Shown in pieces: positions 15,246 through 27,879 of a stretch of DNA of 64,000 bases (positions within the stretch are counted from its first letter, which is position 1; the number at the start of each line of letters is the position of its first letter). The translations under genes and the position numbers were made by a program. A model generated the notes under the pieces. That model was not told the DNA's origin, searched no databases, and worked only from the letters and a program-made list of their open reading frames with translations. Source of the stretch: Eledone cirrhosa (taxonomy: Eukaryota); assembly GCA_964016885.1 (NCBI GenBank), contig OZ024748.1, forward strand, positions 27,342,001-27,406,000. The letters are read 5' to 3'.

Positions 15246-15374
15246 ATTGACAGACAAGAAAAAGTACTAAATACCAGAGTAGAGGTTTAATTAAGTAGTG
15301 AGCCTTGACCCCTGGAGTTCCACCGGCACACCCCTAGGATCACACAACACTATACCTACATATGTATATATGTA

Positions 15375-15409
<35 letters not shown>

Positions 15410-15431
15410 GTTGTGTGTGTATATATATATC

Positions 15432-15463
<32 letters not shown>

Positions 15464-15499
15464 ATCAACATCATCGTTATCATTATCATCATTTTTAAC

Positions 15500-16135
15500 C
15501 TCCATCACAACCACCACCACCACCACCACTGCCACAACCATCACCACCACCACCACCATTACCACCACAACAACTACCACCAATACCGCCACCACCACCA
15601 TCACCACCACGACCAATATCGCTACCACCAACCACCACCACCACCACCACCACCACCACCACCACCACCACCACCACCACCACCACCACCACCATTACCA
15701 CAACCATCACCATCACTACCACCAATACCGCCACCACCGCCACCACCACCACCACCACCACCACCACTACCACCGCCACCACGACCAATATCGCTACCAC
15801 CAACCACCACCACCACCACCACCACCACCACCACCACCACCACCACCACCACCACCACCACCACCAATACCGCCGCCACCTCCACCACTGCCACAACCAC
15901 TGTCACAACCACCAATACCGCCCGCACCACCACCTCCACCACCACCACCACCTCCACCACCACCACCACCACCACCACCACCACCACCACCACCACCTCC
16001 ACCACTGCCACAACCACCACCAACACCACCACCAATACCACCACCACCACCACCACCTCCACCACTGCCACCACCACCTCCACCACTGCCACCACCACCA
16101 CCACCGCCACCACCACCACCACCACCCCACCACTG
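15500..16135. repeat. (CCA)n degenerate tract
   Basis: Directly visible. Confidence 0.95.
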
Positions 16136-16689
16136 CCATCATCATCGTTGATTTTCTTCCGTATTGAACATTTATCTCGTCCATATTGATTAGAATAAAT
16201 TTCTTTTCAAGTTTGCACATAATTGTCCCTTCCTTATTCTTTCTTTCTTTCTTTTAGTTATTAATTTATATGTTTTTAAGTCTGAGACATGAAAAGGTTT
16301 TTTTTTTCCATCATCGATATTGATGAGTTGCTCGAGGGAAACGTTGATAGACTAGACATGAACATGTGTATATATGTGTGAGAGAGAAGGATAGAGTGTG
16401 TGTGTGGGGTGTCATGGGGGTGATTAAAGAGAAGATAACTGTGAAAGACAATGAAGGATAGCGAGGGTGATAATTTACTGGGAAAAAATTTCTTTAAATA
16501 TTTGCTTCTCACGTTCTCTTCCCCCTCTCTCACTATATATATGTGTGTGTGTGTGCGTGTGTGTGCGTGCGTGTGTGACTAATGTGTGTTAGACTAATGT
16601 TTTTTTCATTGTACTGTATTGTACTGCTTTGTTCTTTCTGTTTAATTTTTCCATATATTTTTCCAGTGTGGCGGGACAAATAATAATAC

Positions 16690-17533
16690 CGCAAATAAGA
16701 AAGCACCAAGGAGGTCTCGCACAAATTCATACCTATGGTATAATCCCCCGCATAACGATTTGGTAACTACTAAGCTATCCTATCTCTTCTTCAATCTTAT
16801 AGACGAACACTTTCCTCCAACACACAAATTCCATAAAATACTAAATAGAGACACGATCCGACTATCCTATTCTACCACAGCTAACCTGGGTAATTTCTTC
16901 ATGAAATTGAATAACAAATGCCTCCGCAGGTATGGCAATACCAACAGCCAACGGAAACCCGGACATAATCCGAACCCTAAGCAACATCCGCAGCCTTCAA
17001 CACCGAGCAGACCGGCACCCGCAAATACCAACGTCTCTTCCACTTTACGCGCATATCCGGAACAACAAAATACCCCCAACACTGGAACCAAGGAGGAAAC
17101 CACACGCTATACGCGGACAAACTGCAACTGCAGAAATCCCAGAAATTGTCCTCTATCGGGTAAAAATACCATTTATTAATGTGTGGTAAAATATAAACTG
17201 GGGATATATAAATATGTGGGTTCCACTTCGAATATTTTCAAGAAAAGATGGTATGTGCACACCCACATATTTAAAAACTCCAGTTTAGCTAGATATACGG
17301 CCCCGGCAAAAAAAATCTGCGATCTGAAACGCGCTAATATTGAATAAACATTACAATGGTCCGTGCTAAAATTCGCCCGTCCATACCGGAATGAAAGACA
17401 CCCCTGTGAACTATGTTTGGTGGAAGTAATAGAAATAACGACCGGAAAGGACCTTCTAAATTCCCAGCACGATAGGATATTTAGTTGCAAATACAAGATT
17501 CTAAAACCCATCGCTAAATACAAACTGGACTAG
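16690..17533 (+). pseudogene. Penelope-like element 3' part (linker + GIY-YIG endonuclease)
   Basis: WYNPP..., LIDEHFPPTHKFHKILNRDTIRLSYSTTAN, CNCRNPRNCPL, YVGST...FKKRWYVH, CELCLVE; contains stops. Confidence 0.85.
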
Positions 17534-17803
17534 AACAAAATTCGATCCCTAATACCTAGGTTTTACTATATCCTATTTGGTACATGTCTTGTGGCATTTG
17601 AACTTTTCACACCCAATGGATTCAGTAATATTCAAAACAATCCCATTTTCTTAATTCCTTTCCACGTGTTGGTAGCATGAAACTCTTTACCCCCACTAAC
17701 TTACTCTATTTCATGCTATTTTAAACTTATTTACATTTTCTTAAACGAAAATCTCATTACTGAATTTTACCTCATAGTGAATAGTTGAATTCCACTACTA
17801 TAG

Positions 17804-17915
17804 GCTTTCTGATGAAGTGTAATAAATAATTAAGTATTGCATATGATTGAACAATATATATTGTAGTCAGCATATGTAGACAATTTATAATAGACACAGA
17901 AACAAATGTCAAAGC
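17804..17915 (+). ncRNA. type-I hammerhead ribozyme, long stem II
   Basis: gcttt-CTGATGA-(agtgt...acaca, ~83 nt)-GAAAC-aaat-GTC-aaagc, in the PLE 3' region. Confidence 0.75.
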
Positions 17916-17971
17916 TAATAAATTCATTATCTCTTCACTCCGCTGTTTTATTGTTCTTGGTGCAATACTTG

Positions 17972-18011
<40 letters not shown>

Positions 18012-18026
18012 CATATATATATATAT

Positions 18027-18247
18027 GAATATTACTGAATCCATTGGGTGTGAAAAGTTCAAATGCCACAAGACATGTACCAAATAGGATATAGTAAAAC
18101 CTAGGTATTAGGGATCGAATTTTGTTCTAGTCCAGTTTGTATTTAGCGAGGGGTTTTAGAACCTTGTATTTGCAACTAAATATCCTATCGTGCTGGGAAT
18201 TTAGAAGGTCCTTTCCGGTCGTTATTTCAATTACTTCCACCAAACAT
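18027..18247 (-). repeat. inverted duplicate of PLE segment ~17415-17633
   Basis: Near-identical reverse complement immediately after (TA)n. Confidence 0.9.
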
Positions 18248-18377
18248 AAGAAGTTGACGGACCTGGCGTATTTAACAATGTCAGGACCGGTTGCATTTCA
18301 GCGTACTCAATATTCCAGAATATGCGCATAGTTATTCGCTTCAACACAACACACTTAAACGGATGTCTATATTAGTT

Positions 18378-18488
18378 CCCGGACTCGAGTTTCGGCCACA
18401 CTTAATGCAGCAATAGGGTGCCCTGCACCCTCTGTCTGCATATATTATGCAACAATGCATAATCGGCGCATGTGGGTTCATCAGCGGG
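18378..18488 (-). ncRNA. hammerhead ribozyme, branched stem II
   Basis: cccg-CTGATGA-acccacat...gtgtggcc-GAAAC-tcga-GTC-cggg; palindromic stem III ACTCGAGT. Confidence 0.8.
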
Positions 18489-18795
18489 TATCGCCTAATC
18501 AATAACCAATCGACCGACAGAGTAAAGTGATTAGCAACTGGAATCTAATACAACTCCGTCCCCCCGATCAGCCACCGATTTACAAACTTACGTGGTGGCA
18601 GGAGATTAGGAAATAAATATTTTCGTTCCCGTCAAAAGTTCTCAGCCAACGTGTCTCAAACACACATTGATAAGATAGTGAAAAGTTGGTTATTAGAAAA
18701 AGCAATTCCACATCTTTGCACAGTAGAATAGTAGCATTCAGCTCTAGTCTCCACGTCCCATGGCGATAGCATGGCGATGGCAACAATGCATTTTC

Positions 18796-18955
18796 AAACT
18801 AACACATGTTTCAGCCGATAAAACATCATCCCGAGGTCGCATAGATACATATTTTAAAATTTTTTAAATTAAAAAAAAGATTTTTTCAAAAATTTATTTA
18901 TGGTTTTATACTAAGGCCACCAGGAATTGATTTAAGATCGGAATTATCAGAGTTT
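18796..18955 (-). ncRNA. HHR-like motif (G8A core, very long stem II)
   Basis: aaact-CTGATAA-ttccgat...atcggct-GAAAC-atgt-GTT-agttt. Confidence 0.45.
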
Positions 18956-19452
18956 ATTTTCGCATATCAATATTTCACATAGGTGATTGTTGCTGTCCTC
19001 ATCATTGTGATTGATGAGGACAGCAACAATCACAATGAGTTATAAACCTATGTGAAATATTGATATGCGAAAATAAATTCTGATAATTCCGATCTTAAAT
19101 CAATTCCTGGTGGCCTTAGTATAAAACCATAAATAAATTTTGGAAAAAAGCAAGGACATCAAAGAAAGTACAAAATCACGAGAAATCTCCAACCACTATA
19201 GATTTACCTCACTAGAAGAACTATAGGGTTCCCCTAAAAGTCTTTTTCAAATAAGAGACATTGTTTTCAATAGTCAGTTTAATTATATTTAGATTATGGT
19301 GTCTGCGCAGGTCTGATGTGTTTTGTGAGGGATTTTTAAGCTTTCTCGAATTTTGTACTTTCTTTGGTGTTCTTGCTACCTCTAGTTGTCGTCATCATTG
19401 TGATTGATATATATGAGTTATAAACCTATGTGAAATATTGATATGCTAAAAT

Positions 19453-19605
19453 AAACTCTGATGATTCCGATCTTAAACAAATTCTTGAAGGTCTTAGTAT
19501 AAACCCATAAACAAATTTTGGAAAATGTTTTTTTTTTTTAATTAAACATTTTTTTTAGATTTAAAAACCTGGGATGAAGTTTTGTTGGCTGAAATATGTT
19601 AGTTT
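19453..19605 (+). ncRNA. HHR-like motif with ~125-nt stem II
   Basis: aaact-CTGATGA-ttccga...ttggct-GAAA-tatg-TT-agttt. Confidence 0.5.
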
Positions 19606-20721
19606 GAAAATGTATTGATTCTCTGGTGTTTTTTTTATAAACAGTATATATACACACAACAACACCACCATCTCTCTCTCTCTCTTCCATTCTCCTTCTC
19701 TCTCTGCTCTCCCTCTCTCTATGTCTCTATTTCAATCTACTCTCTCACAACCACTATCTATTTCTCTCTATCGTTCTCTCTCTCTATTCATGAAGGTACT
19801 CAGAAAAACTCCGTATCTCCGGAACCCGTGTACCGATTTACGCGAAACTTGTTTTATTCCATTTGTATTCCCATTTCAGTGTCAACTTACTTTCAAAGTA
19901 TTTTCCCATTATGCGCCCCTTGGGCTGTATTACATTACAGACAAGCAAGCAATCGCAGTTTTAATAATATATAGATAGATATACATACATATATATTTAT
20001 TTGCAATTTATTTAAATTGAGCAGAAAAAAGTGAGTGCAATTGAGAAAGAGAGGTGGAGTTTGAGAGAGAGACAATATGCCGAGATAAAGCTTATGTAAA
20101 TTATAAAGAGAGGGGAGAGGGGGAAGGAAGCTATCCGTGTCGTCACTTGGAAAGTATTATTATTACATGCAATTATCGATCAGACATAACGACAGTTGTA
20201 GTCCCATTGTAATGCCTGCTTCTTGATGGCGCACGCAACATACAAGAATCTAATAATATAAACCATCTTTTCCTTGTTTTTATATCTGGTTGCTGTTGAA
20301 ACGATTTGATATCTCAGGCAAACACATAAACAAGAATAAAATATAGAAGAATACAATGTATTATATTATACAATGTATAATATAACGAACATGCAAACTC
20401 GTTGTGTATTTGAAGCTGCTATCATATACACAGAAACATCATCAAATATCTGCAAAATCCATATACAAGAAGCATTAATTTTCTATGTCAGTAACGAGAG
20501 AGTAAACGTAACGTATGATGGATTAACGATCCTGAAATACTAATATTTGGCGTTCTCACACGGTTATTTATGTAGTCGTGATATGATCACAATTTAAAAT
20601 ACTCACAGCGAGACTATTTATGTATATTCATTATATATGAACATATATATTTAATCGACTTTCCCTTCCACCAGAATTGTTGGCCTTGTGCCTAAATCAG
20701 AAACCATTATTATTTTTCTAA

Positions 20722-20925
20722 TGAGGGCGGCGGATCGGCAGTATCGGACAATATGCTTGGCAGCAGAGTTACAGCCCTTTCCGTTCTGACTTCAAAGCCC
20801 GCGAGGTCAACCTTGCTTTTCATCCTTACGGGGTCTATACTATAAAGTACCAGTGAAGGACTGGGATCAATATAATCGACTTTCTGCTCTACCAAATTAC
20901 TGGTATTGGGCTTAAATTCGAAAAA
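20722..20925 (+). mobile_element. SINE
   Basis: Diverged full-length match to the 33829 copy. Confidence 0.75.
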
Positions 20926-21131
20926 TTATTATATGTTTTCATGTTGAAAGCCAAACATCACATGAAAATTCTCCCATGTATATTATCTCGGGGAAAACAA
21001 CGGCTGTCATTGTTGCTACTGTTGCTGATGATGTTGCGGTTGTATCACCATAGTTAATTTAACTGGCAATCAATGTTTATCATTGATTGACCAACGATTA
21101 AAAATACAGATACAAATATATATATATAGTC

Positions 21132-21175
21132 TATCAAAGTTCTTTCATCACACATCTGTGACATCATCAGTGGTA
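21132..21175 (-). ncRNA. minimal hammerhead ribozyme at PLE 3' end
   Basis: tacca-CTGATGA-tgtcacagatgtgtgat-GAAA-gaac-TT-tgata. Confidence 0.6.
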
Positions 21176-21489
21176 CTATTATGTTGTATCGTAATGTCTA
21201 CTCCATTTTGTTTTGTTTATCTATTTATTCTTGACTCTGTTTGCGTATGCGTATGCGTTTGTGTGTGTGTTTTCTGTTTGGTGTGCGTTCGTTTCTGAGT
21301 ATGTGTGTGTTTGTATTCTATCTTTGTTCATTAGTGTGTGTTTATGTGTGTTTGTTGTTATTGGACCTGTGTATATTTATTTATATTTATCTTAGGTCAG
21401 TATTGTGTGGTTGTTATTGTTGTTATTCCATTCGTTCTTTCTGTTCAACTTCGGTCTTCTTAGTTCTATCTCAGTTGCTTCTCTGATTT

Positions 21490-22380
21490 GTCTACCTGTT
21501 GAGTCATTTCTATGTTTGGATATTATTTTAATTTCTATGTTGTCTATATTACCATCATGTCTTCGTCTGGCGTGTTAATATAGTACCAAACCGTCTTTTT
21601 GTCCTTTTAGTTCACCCCAGTGTTGGTCTATCCCCCCCCCCCCCCCCCGCCCGCATGCTTCGAGCTGTCTCTCTTATGTATGTCGTTGTCATGTTTCTGC
21701 AAGTACCCTCTGTACATCTTATACTATAGACTAGATTTCTAGTTTTACAATTTATTTGTGGATTTATTCTACAAATAGCACATTTCTTATTAGTACTGTG
21801 GATTTTATGGTAGTTCCTGGCTTTTCTACCACTTTAATCTTTAGATGCATCTTTCTTAGGGCCTTTCTAAATTGATTAGCTAATTTCCCTCCCTGGTTTG
21901 CATCCACGAATAAGAGACTCTGGTATATCTGGTTGTCGTACCATGAAGTTGCTTTCCCTACCTTATTTTTAGTCCTATCTATGCTATTCCATGATTTGTC
22001 CATCATTATGAGGGCCTTATATTTCTCCGTGGATCCTTTGTACACTCTGATTCTGTCTCTTTGGTTGTAGCCAGAGAACTGCATGCAATTGATGAAGTGT
22101 TGTAGTGTCAAACCATTCCAGTTGGATCGCATATGCGGGACACATTCTTCATTACTTTTACCTAGTTTGCGATCAGAAAATTATACTTAGCTCTATTGGA
22201 CATCGCTGAGCTTTTGAGTATAAGGTATTTGGAGGCCATGGGTTTAGCATAATGTGAGTGGAGAATTTGAGTTTTCTCGTTTATAATGTTTAACCAGAGT
22301 TCAGTGTCTAATACTGATAGTCAATTGTTAGGGTGTTTGGAAGGGTAGTCGATAGTTACTGTTATGCTCTGGTGTATGGA
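21490..22380 (-). pseudogene. Penelope-like element (Naiad-like) RT thumb + GIY-YIG remnant
   Basis: HSHYAKPMASK..., MQFSGYNQRDRIRVY, KKCAIC...NCKTRNLVYSIRC...C...YIRETARS; paralog of 26452-27430. Confidence 0.8.
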
Positions 22381-22425
22381 AGTTTATACTTTGGGTATAT
22401 CACTATCTTATACATCAAATATTGT

Positions 22426-22478
22426 ATTTTATCTGATGATACTATAATTTAGTATCCTTGAAATATGTTTAATAAAAT
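22426..22478 (+). ncRNA. hammerhead-like motif (degenerate)
   Basis: attttat-CTGATGA-tactataatttagtatcctt-GAAA-tatgtt-TA-ataaaat. Confidence 0.55.
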
Positions 22479-22539
22479 AAATATGATGCTATAGTGATAT
22501 TTTGCATTTATTATCATTATTAACATCATATATATATAT

Positions 22540-22711
22540 GACTAATGAAATTAAAGAAATTATTTAGCATGATAGTGGGGTTAAGAACCCTCGGAGAAAT
22601 GGAAAAAGATGTATATTGACCTACATGGGAGTCAATACTCATATTTTTCCATTTCTCTGAGGGTTCTTAACCCCACTATCAGGCTAAATAATTTATTTAA
22701 TTTCTTTAGTC
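22540..22711. repeat. imperfect palindrome, ~80-bp arms
   Basis: gactaatgaaattaaag...tattgac / gtcaata...ttaatttctttagtc. Confidence 0.85.
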
Positions 22712-22781
22712 AAAATACGGCGATAGCTTATATTTATTTATAATTTCAAACTCGCTCACTGTTTCGAAAATATTCTTACTT

Positions 22782-22858
<77 letters not shown>

Positions 22859-22896
22859 TATTAATAAATGGAAAATATCTTTATAAAACCATATTT

Positions 22897-22955
22897 ATTT
22901 TATTATACGTATTTCAAGGGTACTAATATTTAAGTACGCTTTCGTCAGATAAGAT
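22897..22955 (-). ncRNA. hammerhead ribozyme
   Basis: atcttat-CTGACGA-aagcgtact...agtaccctt-GAAA-tacgta-TA-ataaaat; palindromic loop III. Confidence 0.7.
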
Positions 22956-23222
22956 ATGATAATTGGTGTAAGGATAGTGACATATCTTCATGTGAACTTC
23001 ATGTTATAAGTTCAGTGAGGATAGTCAATAGAATTGTTCAAACCTCAAGGGAAATATGCTAATGAGGATAACGTTAAAACTGAAAAAATCCGTTAAGTTT
23101 AGACGCTAGATAAATTTTAAATATTTTATTTAAAATTTTTTTTAAAGAGTTTGCTATTAAATTTGAAAGAATTATTGTAGAGTTATTTTAGAATTATTTA
23201 TAGAAATATGCATATATACACC

Positions 23223-23253
<31 letters not shown>

Positions 23254-23603
23254 GGGTTTAGAAAGAATGATATAATTATACTTATTTATTTATTTAATTT
23301 TTTAATATATTTTAAGAATATGGAAGTATTTATAATATTTAGATGAGAATTATAAAGTATTGTATTAAATTATGAACTATTAATTTATTAAAGCAATTAC
23401 AACTATATAATATGTGAAAGATACCCTGTATTTAGATATATGATTGGATATATTTTTTCCCATATATTTTAATATTATGATGAGTGCAGTTATAAATATT
23501 GTAGTATAAGACAATATTGTATATCGTTATTTTAAAAAAATAATTATTTAGTACATAAATGATTATACGTGAATATAGATCTTATTTAAGTATATATATA
23601 TGT

Positions 23604-23784
23604 TTCTACTTTAGGCACAAGGCCAGCAATTACCCAGTTCATTACTGATACTTTATTTTATCGACCCCGTAAGGATGAAAGGCAAAGTCAACCTCGGTGG
23701 GATTTGAACTCAGATCGTAAAGGGACGTAACTATGCTGGAAAGAATGGCGTCCGACCCTCTACCGATACTGCCAATCCACCGCC
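23604..23784 (-). mobile_element. SINE, full length
   Basis: A-box tggcagtatcgg, B-box gagttcaaatcc and Nin-like domain on the minus strand. Confidence 0.85.
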
Positions 23785-24199
23785 TGTATAGATATAGACA
23801 CAATTATAAATGAGTGTAAGATAGATCAAGCAATAATATTTATGCATTTTATACTTTAAGAATGTGAAAGTAATTATATTTTTTTAAGTAAAGATGTATA
23901 GTATTATGTATAATCTATTATCGTATATGGTTAGTAATATAATAATTAAACATTTATGTAAGTTGGAATGTATCGTATATGTGAGTTGTAAACAAAATAC
24001 ATTTTTTAAAAGGAAGATAACTCTAATATTTAGTAATTTAAGGAATGTATACTATTGATATTTTAAAATATATTGTTTTATCTAATGTTTAACCTAATAA
24101 TTAATTCTAATTGTTATTATAATATAAGTAAAAATTTCTATAAGATTTCAGAGCACCATATAGTAAATATGGTTTTGATAATAAATAAATAAATATTTC

Positions 24200-24827
24200 T
24201 AGGTAAGGGTTGTATGCTTGAACTGCTGGCGGCCCTTCGACATCTTCACTGTCTTTAGGCGCCCTCGTCTACACCGATCGCATATACACCCGTAACTGTA
24301 TTGTATGCGACGATCACCGTAAATACTGCTTGGAAGGATTTTTAAAACAAATTAGAAAAATATTAGAAAACATTAGAAAAATATTTAGCATAACGTTTCA
24401 AGAACACAGCCTCAGAATACCTTAAAACATACATATTTCAAAAAGAAAAAAACTCTGTACAAAGAACGTTTTTAAATGAATGCTTGGAACAGCATTTATC
24501 AAAAATACCTTCGAAATAACTTTTTTTAAAAGGCTGTTCCAAGCATTCATTTAAAAACGTTCTTTGTACAGAGTTTTTTTCTTTTTGAAATATGTATGTT
24601 TTAAGGTATTCTGAGGCTGTGTTCTTGAAACGTTATGCTAAATATTTTTCTAATGTTTTCTAATATTTTTCTAATTTGTTTTAAAAATCCTTCCAAGCAT
24701 TATTTACGGTGATCGTCGCATACAATACAGTTACGGGTGTATATGCGATCGGTGTAGACGAGGGCCCCTAAAGACAGTGAAGATGTCGAAGGGCCGCCAG
24801 CAGTTCAAGCATACAACCCCTTACCTA
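24200..24827. repeat. near-perfect 628-bp palindrome
   Basis: Arms 24200-24492 and 24533-24827 with a ~40-bp spacer and only a few mismatches. Confidence 0.95.
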
Positions 24828-25035
24828 CTACAGTAGTAATTCCGACCTAAGAAACAAATTTGATTGACAGGTGGAGAATGAAAATAACCAAATAGTGGAA
24901 AACCATGAGTGGCTAGAAATATCGATGACGTGTACAATTCTTGACCACTTATAGAATGACAACAACAGGATCTAAGCCGAGAGGCGAAGGATATCGATGT
25001 AAAAGGACATAGGAAAATCTGCTTCGTAGAATCAA

Positions 25036-25131
25036 GACGTATCTGAGGACCTCGCGATTTTCAGAGTCAGGTTCGATCATCACATCGATCGTGACTCGAG
25101 TTGGTCGCCAGAGAAACGATTGTAATATGTC
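25036..25131 (+). ncRNA. hammerhead ribozyme, long-hairpin stem II
   Basis: gacgtat-CTGAGGA-(gcga..gagtca..cgat/atcg..tgactc..tcgc)-GAAAC-gatt-GTA-atatgtc. Confidence 0.75.
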
Positions 25132-25266
25132 CAATAAATTTCATTCGTCGCAAAACTGATTCTCTTTTTTTCTGTGATATCATACTCTGCTCTATGAGAG
25201 CATCGAGTGCTGATACGGCCTACCGCATACGGCCTACCGCATACGGACGCTTTAAGCATCCAACAC

Positions 25267-25331
<65 letters not shown>

Positions 25332-26207
25332 GTGTGTGTGTGTGGGAGGGGTATGTGGGGTGTGTGTGTATGTGTGTGTGTATGAGAGTGTGGGTGTGGG
25401 TGTGTGTGTGTAGTTCTATATTTGATCCTACATCTCTTTCTTTACCTCTCTCTCTTCTCTTTCAAACTCTTTCTCCACCATTTTCTCATCGAACCACTCG
25501 ATAGAATTATAATAATCAATAAATAACCAGTTCAATACTGGGGTGGATTCTCTCTCTCCCTAATATCTCTCATTCTCCCCCTCTTTTCAACAAAAAATCG
25601 GCTGTGTTCACATTAGGGGAAGGATGGGCTCCTCTAGGTCTAAATGCCCATGGCCCTCTGTATGTAAAGATGGCGTCCCTACGATTCCATCAAGAGCGAA
25701 GGGTCCGTGACATGACAAAAAGACCTCTCAACTTTATCACCCCTTCAAGAAAAACTAATCAAACGGGTTTATCTTAGTCAAAGGGAGATAATAGTGACTA
25801 AAGCTGAGTAGTTTCCCTTTAAAGACGTAGCTTGATATCAGTTACTAGCAGAATGGCCCAGCGTTGCTCGGGATTTGCTCTAGGGTTCTTATATATTTGA
25901 TATATATTTATCCTTATCGAGCCTCGTGAAATAAATACGTTTGTTTATATTTTGTTATTGTGTATGCAAAAATATCTGTATATGAATATATAATTATTTC
26001 GTTTCTGAATTTGTTTAGCAAGATTCTTTATCTGAAAACGTGTGTTGAAACCGATATTGTTATACTTTGGGAGGGTCATGTTGCCAATAAGAAACACACG
26101 CACCAGTTGCTTTCACTTCAATTTATTATAATAAATTTATAAATTTAGGAATTTATAAATTTCCAGTTGGTTGGTTGGTTCCACAACCAGATAGTTGTTT
26201 ATATATT

Positions 26208-26250
26208 GTCAAAGTTCTTTCGTCACACATTCTGTGACCTCTTCAGTGAC
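26208..26250 (-). ncRNA. minimal hammerhead ribozyme at PLE 3' end
   Basis: gtca-CTGAAGA-ggtcacagaatgtgtgac-GAAA-gaac-TT-tgac. Confidence 0.7.
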
Positions 26251-26451
26251 TGGGGATTCTTTTCTTTGTTTTTGTGCCTCTCTTTTGTTCTGTCCTACGC
26301 CATTTTGTTTCTGTGTGTGTGTTGTGTGCTCAGTCTGCGCATGCGCCACATCCGGGTGTCTGTGTGTGTTTATATTCGTTTATTTATTTGTTTATTTACA
26401 TGTTACTGGTTGGTTGTTTGTTCTATGTGTGTGTGTGTTTTCATTTTGTCC

Positions 26452-27430
26452 TTAATTGTAAGTTGTGATGTTGCTGTTCCACTCATATTTTCTATTTAAT
26501 TTTGGTTGTAATTCTTTTATGTTTATTGCCTCTGTAATTTGTCTAAACATTGCGTCTTTTCTGTGTGTAGATTCTATTTTTATTTCTATGTTCTCTAATT
26601 TACCCTTATGTTCTATTTTAGCATGTTGGTAGAGTACAGATGATTCTTTACTATCTTGAAGGTCTCGCCAGTGTTCATTTATCCGTTCCCCTACACTACG
26701 AGCTGTCTCACCTATGTACACTATATTTTTGTCTCTACATTGTCCTTCAGTACATCTTATGCTATATACTACATTTCTAGTTTTACAGTTAATATGGGGG
26801 CTTAATTTAGAGGTTATACATTTCTTATCTATAGAGTGTGTGTGTGTGTGTGTGTGGGGGGGGGGGGGGGTCTTTGAAAAGGGTATGTCTTGCTAATAAG
26901 TGTTTTTACGGAGGTACCTGGTCTTTCTACTATCTTAATATTGAGTTTATGTTTATCTAGGGCCCTTCTAAATTTGTAAGCTAATTCACCTCTAGGGGTT
27001 GTATCGATGAACATTACACTCTGGTATTTATTGCTATCATACCATGAGTTTATTCTATTAGCCTTATTCCTAGTTCTTTCTATTCTATTCCAAAATTTGC
27101 TCCTATACAAGGGGCAGGTCCCATTTGTGTCATTATTTACCATTTTTTCCCATTTGGTTCTGGCTCCTCTATACACTCTGATTTTATCTCTCTGATTGTA
27201 ACCAGAGAACTGCATACGGTGGATGAAGTGTTGTATGTGTCTCTCTAGTTCTTCGGGGTTGCACATGCGGGACACGTTTCTCATCACCCGTACCAAATCC
27301 GCAATCAGTATGTTGATTTTGGTATGGTCCGAAACAGCTGAGTTTCGGTGGATCAGATGTTTGGAAGTCATGGGTTTGGCATAATGGGAATGGAGGATTT
27401 GTTTTTTTTTTATTAATGGTATCTAACAGA
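26452..27430 (-). pseudogene. Penelope-like element (Naiad-like) RT thumb + GIY-YIG
   Basis: HSHYAKPMTSK...MQFSGY...PLYRSK; NCKTRNVVYSIRCTEGQC...YIGETARSVGERINEH...H...RQITEAINI...LN; interrupted by a C/CA run at 26835-26870. Confidence 0.9.
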
Positions 27431-27594
27431 GCTCTGGTTAGATATATACATTTTCATTATCGTTCTGTTTTTTTATTATATATATATTCATATTATTTAA
27501 CACAAGCTTTGTTCAAGTGTCGGCCGCTCTCTGATAGCTTGCGTTAGAGCCTATAGCAGTAGAGACACAGCCTCAGGACCACATTCCTACTCAC

Positions 27595-27706
27595 TGCTAT
27601 CGGAGTGGAGATGACTGCCGGCACGTGCGAGACCTGCGAGATGGAGAACAGTTCCAGCGCGTCTCCCTCGCCGTCCTCCCGAGCAATGTCTTCTCCATCC
27701 TCTTTC
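27595..27706 (-). CDS. possible 112-nt internal exon of an unidentified host gene
   Basis: GC-rich non-repeat island bounded by ttggtctcAG| and |GTGAGT; open frame KEDGEDIAREDGEGDALELFSISQVSHVPAVISTPIA. Confidence 0.25.
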
Positions 27707-27779
27707 CTGAGACCAAGTGACGGACGACATATTTGAGATCATGTTTTCTACAATTTTCGTACATGAAGTTAAACTGCGA

Positions 27780-27821
<42 letters not shown>

Positions 27822-27879
27822 ATACACATATATATATATCGCCATCGACCCCTCCCACCGATCACTCATCACCTCCGCT

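Larger units (their letters stand above)
18783..19618. mobile_element. fold-back non-coding element with HHR-like motifs in both arms
   Basis: 18783-18985 is the inverse of ~19420-19618; a third partial arm lies at ~19045-19145. Confidence 0.7.

Noticed and set aside
24604-24640. HHR-like ctgagg...gaaacgtt inside the palindrome
   Set aside because: Core is incomplete and there is no stem II pairing.
26720-26890. Selenocysteine recoding in the Naiad-like PLE zinc finger
   Set aside because: No in-frame TGA at Cys positions in either paralog; the break is caused by a C/CA run.
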